Assembly (NCBI GenBank): GCA_964106915.2
Contig: OZ066916.1
Length of the DNA stretch: 64,000 nt
Source: Podarcis gaigeae
Taxonomy: Eukaryota
Reading direction: 5' to 3' (one strand)
The notes under the pieces were generated by a model. That model saw only the letters and a list, made by a program, of their open reading frames with translations, had not been told where the DNA came from and did no database searches. The translations under genes and the position numbers were made by a program. This document shows, piece after piece, positions 28,154 to 39,787 of the stretch (position 1 is the first letter of the stretch; each line of letters begins with the position of its first letter).

Positions 28154-29710
28154 CTCTAAAGTAATTGATCAATTTCCTTGGCTTTAGGGCTATATTTATT
28201 GTCATTATCATGATGCTGACTTTAATATTCTTTGAATTTAAAATTGAATTCAGGAAACTTTAGGAGCCTTGAAAGGGCTGGATAAAAAGACTTAAAATAA
28301 ATACATTTTCGCAAGAGTGTAAGGAAGGTTATTTTGGAGACCATTTAAAAAGTTACCTACATTCTAACCCTTAAAAATGAAGCACGGGGTTGAATTTCTC
28401 AGCAAAAAAAGAGAGAGAAAGATGAAACGCTATTGCTTGAAAGTTCTGTATGCAATAACTTCAAATGATCCTTTTGTTGTGACGAAGGTTATTTTGCCTC
28501 AGGTGTCTAGATGTCAACAGTTATGACACCTGTTGAAGATTAGCAGGGCAAGCAGACAGAAAAGAGGATGAGAGAGGTGAATTGAGTTCAACACTCCAGG
28601 CTTCTCAGGTAGTACGCTAAAGATTTTGCTATACTATAGCATCTTCAGCTTTCTATTTCCAAGACACCTGTCAAATAAGACTTCCACAGAATATATTTAA
28701 GGAAATGCAAGAGGCAATTAAAATAATAAAAAATGGGAGTGTAGCTACCAGTGCTACAAAATGACTGCCTATCTTCTGAGCTCTTCAGCCTCTCGGAGGG
28801 AAGAAACCCCCATTGGATACCATAATCTGCACACTGAATCAAACAACAGGTAGTTACTTAAGGAATGCTACCTGGCCTCTCAAGAGAGGAAGAAAGTGCT
28901 TTAACAACCTATTCCAGGCCTATAGGGAGGGAGAACCTAGTGGTTGTATACAAATGCAGATGGACAACATGGTACCCAGGTCCCAGAAAACACCAAGAAG
29001 CTCACAGTGAGTGAAGTCAGCATAAGCAAGGAGCAGGTCTCCCGATTTCAAGCAAAAAATATTGGGCTTTGGAAAATAACTAGAAGATACTGCTAACATA
29101 AGCCTTCAAGGCCTTGGATGTAGGTTTCACTAAGGCAGAAGAAATTCAGCTGTTAAAAAGGAAACATGGCATACTGGAATAACAGACTACCACAGCAAAT
29201 AGCAAAGCTGCAGATCCTAAAGACAGAAATTTTCTGGACCCCCCCACAACCTCATACTGGCTGATTCGTAGCCCAGTGAACTCCAGTTCAAAAATACCCA
29301 CCTCTCTATTTGACTAAATGCTCATTCACATCTCCATTTGTCCCATGTTTTCTTCCATTTGTCTTGTGATTTCTGGCTCAGGTCTAAGAGGATTTTCTTT
29401 TGTCTCGCTGCTTTTCCTGGGAAGACCCACTGTTTACTACTGTCTAGCCACAGAAAACCTGATGGAAATCACGGGACAATTCAAACTATAAAACTGCAAC
29501 AACACTGTTTATCGGTCTCTTCCACTTAAACTTTCCAAAAGCAGGGAAGAGAGATCTCCAGCCATTCAAAGAACATCAGGAAATCAATGTGGCCCCTCAG
29601 CACACATGATGCATGAAAACCTCCAAAGTCTGTAAGAGGATTGGATACTAAACAGAACTTTAAAATTTTTTTAATATTGTTTTACTTGTCTTTCCTGCCA
29701 CATACACATA

Positions 29711-29952
29711 CAGTGGTACCTCGTGTTAAGTACTTAATTCGTTCTGGAGGTCCGTTCTTAACCTGAAACTATTCTTAACCTGAAGCACCACTTTAGCTAA
29801 TGGGGCCTCCTGCTGCTGCCATGCCACCGGAGCACGATTTCTGTTCTCATCCTGAAGCAAAGTTCTTAACCTGAAGCACTATTTCTGGGTTAGCGGAGTC
29901 TGTAACCTGAAGCGTATGTAACCTGAAGTGTATGTAACCTGAGGTACCTCTG
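29711..29952 (+). mobile_element. Tc1/mariner (Tigger-like) MITE, 242 bp
   Basis: TA TSD on both sides; TIRs CAGTGGTACCTC / GAGGTACCTCTG; internal TAACCTGAA repeats; same family at 33116 and 57199. Confidence 0.9.
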
Positions 29953-30934
29953 TATACGAACAATAAAATAATGACCAGAGCTATTGTCAAAAGTATCACT
30001 AGTACTTAAATGAGTTACTCCAGCATCCCAGCATCAAGGAGGACCAAAATAACAAACAAACTACACTTCCCTTAGGGTCAAACTTCTTTGTCCCTAATGT
30101 AAATGTTAGCCAGATTAGATTAGGAGCGCTCTTTAAAAAACCACTTGCCTCCCATGGGTTTTCTATCAGTATTTTGCTGCTGATAAGCACTTCAATATCT
30201 TTCATTTGTAAATGAGGGACATCTGATGGTGCTTTGCGATATGAGATTTCTATCTAGACTATGTACATTCACTGACCAATGAAAGGCACTTCCTATAGAC
30301 TTAATGTTCTTGATATCATATCGTACAATCTGAATTAAGAAAAGGATTACCACTGTACAATGTGAATTGTACAACATCAAGGATTTATTTTAAATGAGAC
30401 TAATTAGACATTTCTGTGAAGATATGTAAGCTTGCCAGCAGCTTCAAATGATCCTTTGGGAACCTGAAAAAAGAATACCCTTGTTAAAGGCTGAGGCACT
30501 AATGCCTACTGGGTAATTTTTATTTGTTCTCTACAGAATCCCCTCTTCCTTTCATTGACAAATGCTTACAATTCCCTTTGCCCCCTTGGCAGCTGATGTC
30601 AATGGTTTGTCAAATGGAGTGAAATGAGTAGGCCAGGCAGAAAACAGAAAGACCAATGACAGGAAAAATCAGCAACCAGAGTCATATGGTGCAAATTGTA
30701 TAAAAACAGAGTGTGCTCTACAAGGAATTTCTCCAAAATTGCTAGTTGCCTTCTGTAGAAGCTGCAGTGCAAATGACAGATTTAAGTATTTTGGTCTCAA
30801 AATGTTTATATTGTGGATTCTTAGCTTGAGACGTATAGCATGGTGCTATAATCTCACAAGATATCTGTAATTTCCTGGTTTGGTACCAACAAAGTAACAA
30901 AACGTGGGCATCAAACGTGAGAATGCTGTTTTCC

Positions 30935-32070
30935 TTTTTTAAAAAAAAATTATTAACCGGCCAATCAAATCAAATTAAATCACATCACATAAATTCCGAA
31001 TTACAAAGCCAAATTTTAAATTTTTGTTGGGGGGACCCATATTTCAAGATCCGAAGGGGGATTCTGATCATCTTCTTGCTACTGTGTTAATGTCCAAATC
31101 AATCCAAATCAGTCCAAACAGAGTTCATAATTCTATCCAGTCTTATCTTGCTGTTTCCACATCACATCTTGTTCGTATATTTTCTCTTTTTTCTTTATGA
31201 TCTCTTCTGATAGTCTCCTTAAGACGATAAACACCAATAATAATCCTGTGTGAATTTTTCCGTTCTTCCAATCCTCAAATCGAGATGGTTTCCATATATC
31301 ATCGCCTTCATAGATAACATCACTCTTTCCATCATTAATCTCACAAAACTGTCGCTCTTAAGTCCCTCTGAGGAGTTTCACCCACAATATAAAAACAGCT
31401 CTATTTCTCCATTTCTCCTCCCAGACTCAAGTCCTCCGACAGAACTTCCCAATATGGCGACGGCATTTTTAATTGCATCATTCCAAATCTCTTATACATT
31501 CCACGCTCTTCTTAAAACATGCTTTGGTTCGAAAGTTTATCTCCACACAGCCTTAAATCCACAGCTTAAGTCCTTAAAATGACATTTCTGACTCGTGAGG
31601 GGAGGGGATTCTTGTTTAATCACATAAGGAAAGAAAGGAAGGTTTTTTCCCCCTCCCCCATCAGTCATTTGCCATTCCGAGTCTTGGCGTATCTTCTCAT
31701 GATTTCTCTTGTTCCTCCGACTCGTCTTATTTTATCAGAGATCTCTTCTGTTATCAGTCTTTACTCCCCCTTCTTTCTTGAGATATGTGCATTCCTTCAT
31801 CCAAATTGTTTCTTTTGAAGTTCTTGCAGCTAGTGGCGCGAATCAGGGACGCCGTCCAGGAGCACTGGAATCCCACAGGAGGGCTTTGTGCCTAGTGCCA
31901 CCATCCCCACAAATTTGGGGGTGGTATAGGGCACAGCAGGCAAGGCAGTCCCCACCACAACCCTGGGGGGGAGTAGGGAGGCTAATTACTCCCATCATAG
32001 CCTCCAAATTACCTCGTGTGGGTCGGAGAGATGTAATTGTCAGCCATCTTCCCCTAGTGGCCCCCCGAGA
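30935..32070 (-). mobile_element. 1136-bp non-coding retroelement with L1-type insertion hallmarks
   Basis: Perfect 16-bp TSD GAGAATGCTGTTTTCC (30919-30934, 32071-32086). The minus strand carries GGGGAAGATGGCTG near its start, is A/G-rich, and ends AATAAT(T)n(A)6. No long ORF. Confidence 0.75.
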
Positions 32071-32699
32071 GAGAATGCTGTTTTCCAGGCAGTAATGGAC
32101 TACCATAAATTACTTTGCTTGATCAGAGGACCTCTATCCTATGTGAAAGCTGATAAATTCAAGCCAGCTTTCGTGAGTGCCTCATCACTGCTCAATAGAG
32201 ATGAGCCACGCAGAAATTTTCTATTTTGCTGAGAATCTATACGCAGCACAACCAAGATTTTCATGAGACAGTTACGTACAATAAAATTCTGCAGTATGTA
32301 TCTTTTCAAAATGAAAATTTGCTTTAAACTGCATCTGATTTCCCCCACTCAATTAATAAAACACTTCCTTCTAACCGTGGTTGGTTAAAACTAGCCAGCA
32401 TCAAAACATGTTTGAGAGTCATCTAACCACTTCTAGAACTAACCATAATTCCCCAAACCTGTTTAAATGTTGTGGGAAATCATAGATACTGTGTCCCCAG
32501 CCATCAATGTAGATCCAGGGAGATTTGTGGCCACATCTAGTCCACAGTACTGTGTGAGCTAATTCTAAGAGTATTCAACTAGTTTTGGAGTTTGAATCAC
32601 ATTTGGATCCACTCAGGATAGGCTTTCATTAATGAGCACTCACACTTTACATTACGGGTGCCCTTTGCTACAGTTCCCAGGGAGCTTACTGGCAAACAG

Positions 32700-33113
32700 G
32701 GGCTGGCTTGCCTCTCAGTATTAATTTTTGGAGGTTCACGCTCAGCCTCAGTAATCAAGTTTCTTGCTGGGAGGTGGGGCCAGCCCTATTTATAAACAGG
32801 GGGCCAGGCAGTCGGCTCTGGAGATTCACCCTCCCTACCCTCACTTTGTTTAATGTTTCTTGTTTGCAGGTTAACTTTTTCTTCCTGTTTAGCGGGCGCT
32901 GCTATGGTCTTTGACTGGTTGCTGCTGAAGGACCGAGAAGAATTTTTCCTGCATTGGCAGGTTTTGTCTTCCCCATAGCAATTCATCACAACTGTGGCGG
33001 TTATGGCCTTGGGTGGAATCCTTTAGTCTTTTCTTGCCTATGGGAGGGGCATGAAGTGGTGACTCACCCCCCTGTGGAGGCGATTCCAGGGTCCCCCTCT
33101 TAAAGGGGTTATA
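32700..33113 (+). mobile_element. Unclassified repeat, possibly a terminal-repeat fragment of a DIRS/Ngaro-like retroelement
   Basis: GC-richer block with TATTTATAAA and a GAAGAATTTTTCC...GGTTTTGTCTTCC motif that I recall from reptile retroelements; boundaries uncertain. Confidence 0.3.
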
Positions 33114-33115
33114 TA

Positions 33116-33264
33116 CAGTGGTACCTCGGGTTAAGAACTTAATTCGTTCTGGAGGTCCATTCTTAACCTGAAACTGTTCTTAACCTGAAGAACCACTTTA
33201 GCTAATGGGGCCTCCCGCCGCCGCCACATGATTTCTGTTCTCATCCTGTAGCAAAGTTCTTAAC
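33116..33264 (+). mobile_element. Truncated Tc1/mariner MITE (left part only)
   Basis: TA + CAGTGGTACCTCGGGTTAAG start, colinear with the 29711 copy; similarity stops after AAAGTTCTTAAC. Confidence 0.88.
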
Positions 33265-34414
33265 AAAGTCCTATTGCCAGCTGGTCACACAAAAGCCACC
33301 CCTCTGAATTATATCGCCAGCAGTTTTTTTAAAGACCAGAAACATTGAAAGCCATGATAGGTGTGCACAAGTCATTTGAAACACCCAAAGTGACATTCTG
33401 GATAATAGCCGAAGTCTGTTTTGAATTTAAGGTAAGTTTAAAACACATTACACATTAAGAAAATTAGCAATCCTTTTTAAATGGTGTGAATTTATATTCT
33501 GTTAAGAACTTATCCTATTGAGAATTCATTATGAATCTGGAAAACTCTCCTAGCTTTCCCTTACTTTCACATGTACTGAGAAAGAGATGGATGTGTCTGA
33601 ATCTAAGCTCCATGTGTTACAGCTTGCTCATCTACTTTACTGTTATAATTTTAAAACTTGGTAGGTTCAATTTTTATTTTTCCACCAAAGTTCTTCTGAG
33701 ATCCGGTAGTTTCCATGGTACAAAAGACAAACACAGCATAATTGCATGGTTATTTACATGAACAAGTAGGCATGCTGGCAAATGTAATTGTTCAGCATTT
33801 AATGTGTATTCCTGAGAGTGAGAAGTAAAAAGGTGCATCTACCATTTTCATCACTTTGTTTTTCTTTTTCCAAAATGCACTCTTTTTCTATGTTAATTTT
33901 TTTTTTTGTACTGAAAACGTTTTCAGGAAAAAAAGATTCACCTATTGTTAACCTTATGGGTAAACAGCACAATTTTCTTTCATTTAGCCCATCACAATTA
34001 GTATTCTGAACCCATTTTTTTTCTCTCCCATGATTAAATAGCAATAAATACAAATTGCCATGCTATGTTTGCAACAAATTTAAAAGTGAATAAGAGCCAC
34101 AGTTTTTATTTCATTTTTAAATTTTTGGAGAGTCACCACAAAGCAGTTCATGTCTGTCTTCCCTTTTCTTCTTGGAGTGACCTTAAAAGAGCTTTTCTGA
34201 CAATCAATTCAAGAAATGTACAGCTGTTCTTATTCCACATAATAATCATTTCCCTTTTAAATGTTATCTGAAACTTATTTTATCTGATGCTTTGCTTTTA
34301 AACCTTTTGTGTTTTAACTTTTTTCATTTTACTGTTGATTGTTTGGACTTCATTTTTACTGCTTAGCCACCCTGATAGCATTCATTTTTAAGGCTAGTAC
34401 ATAAATCTTTTTTT

Positions 34415-34773
34415 GGGACGCAGGTGGCTCTGTGGGTTAAAGCCTCAGCGCCTAGGACTTGCCGATCGAAAGGTCGGCGGTTCGAATCCCTGCGGCGGGG
34501 TGTGCTCCCGCTGCTCGGTCCCAGCGCCTGCCAACCTAGCAGTTCAAAAGCACCTCCGGGTGCAAGTAGATAAATAGGGACCGCTTACCAGCGGGAAGGT
34601 AAACGGCGTTTCCGTGTGCGGCTCTGGCTCGCCAGAGCAGCGATGTCACGCTGGCCACGTGACCCGGAAGTGTCTCCGGACAGCGCTGGCCCCTGGCCTC
34701 TTAAGTGAGATGGGCGCACAACCCCAGAGTCTGTCAAGACTGGCCCGTACGGGCAGGGGTACCTTTACCTTTT
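34415..34773 (+). mobile_element. Sauria SINE, young subfamily C, full length
   Basis: GGGACGCAGGTGGC head, GGTTCGAATCC B box and ACCTTTACCTTT tail; 14-bp TSD TACATAAATCTTTT (34398-34411, 34774-34787). Confidence 0.96.
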
Positions 34774-35324
34774 TACATAAATCTTTTAATATAAAACTCC
34801 TTCAGTTTCCCAGATACTACACTTCCCTGCCCTCAAACCAAACCAAATACAGCCATTGGTGATTGTGTATTCCATACTTAAAAGAAATCCATTTGTTGCA
34901 GCTGACCTTCTATAGCAGTGTTTACACATTATATATTCCTATGTTATTGCTTTGCTCATGTTTCTCTAATGCAGTTCAGTCTCCTTTCTATGTATACTGT
35001 GTTTGGTTGTGCCCTCCTATCACCTTTACGTTAGCTACAAATCTGAATTACAGTTTCATTCTGCCCAGAGTCCTTGAGGATCTCAGGAAAGAGCAGCCAT
35101 GTAGTGTTAGGGAAAAGTTTTTAAAACAAGATGAAAATTCACAATCCCACAGGGAATTAATCTCTACATACATTATCACTATATTATGAATTACTTACAT
35201 TACTATTGCTCCGTCCCATTATCTCTCATAATAAATAAAAACCTTTCCTAAATCTAGGAAATGAAGGGCTGTATGGGTGACCTCTATGATTTGGATAATC
35301 ACCACTGTGTGCATTTCTGCACTA

Positions 35325-36864
35325 TAGGCAATTCCCCATTTGCATTGGGGTTATGTTCCAAGGCACCACACGTTTAAGTGAAATTGCGTATATTTGAAAC
35401 ACCAGTGTAAAAGCCTGCAAACACCATCCAAACCTCTGGAAACCCCTAAAATGCCAGCAGCACTTACCAGATGCCAAACCCTGCCAAACTCCACCACAAT
35501 TGCAGGTGCGAGACTGTTTACACTATTTTCAAATAAGAGAGGTTTTCAACCAGGATAAAAAAGTGGGTTTCCAGGTGGAAAGATCAAAGTTAGAGACAGA
35601 ACTGCTAGAACCCAATGCTAAGATTCTATCAAGAATGTATAATCTGCTGCTGAAATGGAACACTGAGGAAGAAACAGTAAAATCGGCAATGATAAAATGG
35701 GCACAAGATATAGGCTATAATATCATGTTTGCTGACTGGGAGAAGTTGTGGACCACCGGGATTAAATTTACGGCATGTAATGCCCTAAGAGAGAATATTA
35801 TGAAAATGATGTACAGGTGGTACATGACCCCAGTCAAGCTTGCAAAAATTTATCATTTGCCCGATAATAAATGCTGGAAATGTAATGAAATTGAAGGTAC
35901 ATTCTGTCACCTCTGGTGGACGTGCCCAAGGATTAAGGCTTTCTGGGAGATGATCTACAATGAATTGAAGAAGGTACTTAAGTACACTTTCCCTAAGAAA
36001 CCAGAGGCCTTTCTCCTGGGCATAGTCGGCCAATTGGTGTCAAAGAAGGATAGAACTTTCTTTATGTATGCTACAGCAGCAGCAAGAATACTCATCGCAA
36101 AGCACTGGAAGACACAAGACCTACCCACTCTGGAAGAATGGCAGATGCAAGTAATGGACTATATGGAAATGGCGGAAATGACTGGCAGAATCCGAGACCA
36201 GGGAGAAGAGTCGGTGGAAGAAGATTGGAGGAAATTTAAAATTTATTTACAGAAACACTGTAAAATTTTTGAATGTTGATGACATTTAAAAGAATTGAAG
36301 GGGTTCTAGCAACAAGGTTAAAAATAAGATTGGATTGATAAATAGATAAGCTAATTGGATATGAATTTGCTGAATTAATTTTCAAAAGGGATACAAAAAA
36401 GGGAGATGGAGGAAGTCAGGAAAATAAGTGAATCAAAGATGAGAATTTAAAAAGAGGGATTTTTGTTTTTTGCTTTTCTGTCTTTTTTTCTTTTTTTATA
36501 AGTTAAATGTTTGTAATTCTTTTTTGTATTTTGTAATTTTATATTTTTGTGTATGTGTTTTTTCGTTTTTTCTGTTTATTCATAAAACCTAATAAAATAT
36601 TATTTTTTTAAAAAAACTCCACCACAATTGCTCCCTCCAAACCTCCTTATTCCAACTCCAACTCTCCAAAGGCCTCAACAGTTGGTGCAAGGGCTTGTGG
36701 GATTGTACTTGCAAAGGCTCATGGGGTTGTTTTTGTGCCTTTTTGCCCTTTCTGGGCTCCTTTAGGGCCGTTTTCCCCATTTGTAAAGTCACTTCCAGGT
36801 TTAGCGCAATGCACAGGTGCATTGTTGCATGTCAACTGGATGTGCATAAGTTGGTTGTTGCCTG
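35325..36864. mobile_element. Old Tigger-like DNA element split by the L1 insertion
   Basis: TA-flanked degenerate TIRs TAGGCAATTCCCCATTTGCA and TGCATAAGTTGGTTGTTGCCTG; removing the L1 and one TSD rejoins a unit of about 410 bp. Confidence 0.5.
35504..36613 (+). mobile_element. 5'-truncated L1-clade LINE: ORF2 C-terminus (to stop at 36279), 3'UTR and A tail
   Basis: Uninterrupted reading frame of about 258 codons with a CCHC/zf-RVT-type motif CWKCNEIEGTFCHLWWTC. T-rich 3'UTR with AATAAA at 36591-36596. Perfect 18-bp TSD AAACTCCACCACAATTGC (35486-35503, 36614-36631). Confidence 0.93.
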
Positions 36865-37132
36865 TAATTGTGATTGCTCTTCACAGTGACCCTGTGCTCC
36901 TCCCCACCTGGAGGCATCAGTTCATACAATCAATATTTCCATGTTCATTGTAAATCTATGTGACCATCAGCAGCTTTATGCCCTCCTGGAGAGGATCATG
37001 TGAGACTTGCCTAAACCAACCCTAAGATGAAACTGATCATGACCTTTTCTCCTCATGTACAAGCCTTTTGGCTGCATATGCCTCTCCTTGCCTCCTCCCT
37101 CCAGGTGTGAGAGAAAAAAGCAAGCACAGTTG

Positions 37133-37386
37133 TAAGGTCACCAGTTCAAATCCATGCAACAGGGTCCTAGCTCCTGCCAACCTAGCAGTTTGAAAGCATA
37201 CCAGTGCAAGTAGATAAAGAGGTACCACTGCAGTAGGAAGAAGCAGTCATGTTGGCCACCTGACCCAGAAAAGCTGTTTGCGGACAAATGCCAGCTCCCT
37301 CAGCCTGAAAGCAGAGATTAGTGCCGCACCCCATAATCAAATTTGACTGGACTTAACCGTCCGGGGGTCCTTTACCTTTACCTTAC
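37133..37386 (+). mobile_element. Sauria SINE subfamily A, 5'-truncated with internal deletions
   Basis: CTCCTGCCAACCTAGCAGTT...GTGCAAGTAGATAAA core and GGGGTCCTTTACCTTTACCTT tail. Confidence 0.88.
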
Positions 37387-39293
37387 AGGATCAGCTTTTA
37401 ATTTAATCATACACATCTAATCTTTTTACCTTTTCCACTTTCCCTTCTCTTTCTTAAAAAATGCAAAACAATGAAAATATTGCAATATCATTTGTGCAAT
37501 GCAGAAATCAAGGCATGACTCTCAAACTGAAGGCCAGTGCCACCTCAGACATAAAGAGGAGTGCCACCCTTTGCTGATTTCACTCCTTGACAGCTTTATA
37601 GAAGCAAGTGTCACTCTCTAACCCAGATTTCTCCAAGCTGTCACTCTGCAAGGGTTGGGACTGCAACTCCTATCAGCTATGCTGGCTAAGACTGATGGGA
37701 ATTGTAGTCCAAAACATCTCAGGGCATGAGTTTGGGAAATGTAGTTCTAAGTTTCCCTCCCTACTGCCTTCTAGGCATAGAGGCAATACATTTGTTTGTT
37801 TTAAATTGGTGAAGGATGACTGGGATGATTTTGATAATATTCTTCCTGCTTATTCAAATATAGAAATGGGATAGTGAAGCTTTCGGTCAACCACTGAAAC
37901 CCTACCTGATTTCTTTTTTTAAAAAATAAGGTCAGCAAGCCTTTGTGGGGTCAGCACTTGCTTTTGTTGTTATATTGCTTCCTATTAAGAATACAGGTTT
38001 GTGGGTCCCATCCCCCCAATGTGGATGGATCACTTTCTTTTCCCTCTCCCTTTCACCACTACTTATCATCATACCAGCACCTACTGAACAATTCCTGGCC
38101 TACCACCAGAGATTTAGGCATGTGGTTTATGTGAGGAGAGATGAAACCAGGTCTGTGCTACAGATGAAAGCTCACAGCAAGTCTAAATCCTTCTTAGTGA
38201 TACCAATGAATGCAACCACAGGAGCCATCTCAAATGGACTCTCATACTGTTCTCTCCCTTTTACATTTCCTTTATGTTAGTTATATATATATATTTCTTA
38301 TAGACATAGCCCCTCTGCCCCTAGTGCTTGGTAGTAACCCTCCTGCCTTTGCTTTTTATTCTGATCTTGACCCAGGGTTAAAGGAAACTGTGATAAGACT
38401 TTAAAGCCCAGTAAATTCAGTATAATGTACATCTTTAGCAAACAGACTGATTTCATCCTTCCACCTGTATTTTCTGAATCAAGTACTGTAGCTTTCTAAA
38501 GTGACTGCTACAAACAGGAAAGCATCGTGTCTGCATTCAGATGATTATATCTCAGATTAATAAGCCAAGACAAAATGCCCATTTCATCATTCATATAGCA
38601 ACTTTGCTCTTTACTTCACTCGTCAGCAAGGAAGTCTTCTGTCAACCATAGCTTCCCATTTTATTGAAATCAGGAACTATAGCTAATGACTTTGTAACAA
38701 GCCAGGATGTTAAGCTAAATTCAAACCATCTCTTAATTTCCTAACTTGTTGTAACTATAGTTTCTCTTTCATCTGAACTGGGAAACTATGATTAATAGAA
38801 GAACTCAGGGTTGATTGGTTGGTTTGCTTGCTGTAAGCCCAAGAAGTTTGGTGGTTTAGACCACTGCACCACCCATGTCCAGCTAGGGATGAACAGATCA
38901 GCCTGTTTCAGGCCTGTCTCAGTTGTGCATGTGTTAATTCATAAGTCTGGTCTCTTCAATTTCTGCATTAATTTGTGTAATTTTTTTAGAACTGTATGAA
39001 AATTCACACTCAAAAACACAGTGAATCTGAACGGGTTATATCCAACTAAGTTGAGTAAACCCAATGGGAGAAATTCAACATCTCAAAAGGATCAAGTAGC
39101 CCCAATAAAGCAGCTCCTGCGTGAGCCTTAGTTGTTCATTCATATCAATGCTGGAGGAAAGTCTGCATATTCCTATTGATCCTACACTGGGTGCACAGTG
39201 AAGTCTTGAGATACTTTGAGTTGAGGTTGATTGTATAAAATCATGTACAATGGTCAGAGATTAAGGCCATATACTCCTGTAACATGCTTTACA

Positions 39294-39375
39294 GATTCTT
39301 GCATTGCAGGGGGTTGGACTAGATGACCCCCGTGGGCCTTTCCAGCTCTACAATTCTATGATGCTATGATTCTAT
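39294..39375 (+). mobile_element. CR1 LINE 3' end
   Basis: GCAGGGGGTTGGACTAGATGAC...TTCCAGCTCT followed by (ATTCTATG)n-type octamer repeats typical of CR1. Confidence 0.88.
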
Positions 39376-39436
39376 ACACTCAAATAATAAGGAAATAAAT
39401 GCTTATAGTAAGGTGTACCTGTGCACGACTGTAATC

Positions 39437-39787
39437 CAGGGGTCGGCAAAGTTTTTGTGGCTTGGGCCGGTTCACGGTCCTGCAGACGCCATGGTGGGCT
39501 GGAGTGTGCGCACGCGCACGCAAACGCTATTTCCGGTGCTTCTTCTGGGGGGGGGGAGGTGTGCGCAGCTTCCCATTGGCTGCAGGAGCTTCCTGCAGCC
39601 AATGGGAAGCCGGCCAGCATCATGGAAGGCAGTCCCCACTCTGCTCCACGCCGGTTTAGAGCAGCGCATGGGAGTCGACCGAGTGGGCGACAGAAGTCCC
39701 CGAGCAGGTGGCAGGGGTCCATAGGCTGATTAAATTACCCCCCATGGGCTGCTTGTGGCCCATGGGCCTTAGGTTGCTGACCCCCTA
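39437..39787. mobile_element. hAT (Charlie-like) MITE, GC-rich, with internal perfect hairpin
   Basis: TIRs CAGGGGTCGGCAA / TTGCTGACCCCCT; flanks CTGTAATC / CTATAATT (6/8). Confidence 0.8.

Noticed and set aside
29711-29952. Repeated TAACCTGAA units as a CRISPR-like array
   Set aside because: Units are 9-10 bp, irregularly spaced and internal to a TA-flanked mariner MITE present three times.
34415-34495. tRNA gene
   Set aside because: The A/B boxes belong to the tRNA-derived head of a Sauria SINE, which continues into SINE body and tail.
35500-36279. 259-aa ORF as a host gene
   Set aside because: Its TTG start lies inside the TSD; it is the C-terminus of a truncated L1 ORF2.
39372-39729. 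CpG island, promoter or overlapping ORFs
   Set aside because: GC richness and mirror ORFs are explained by a hAT MITE with an internal palindrome; the same applies to the CpG-rich blocks at 7074-7267 and 47151-47402.
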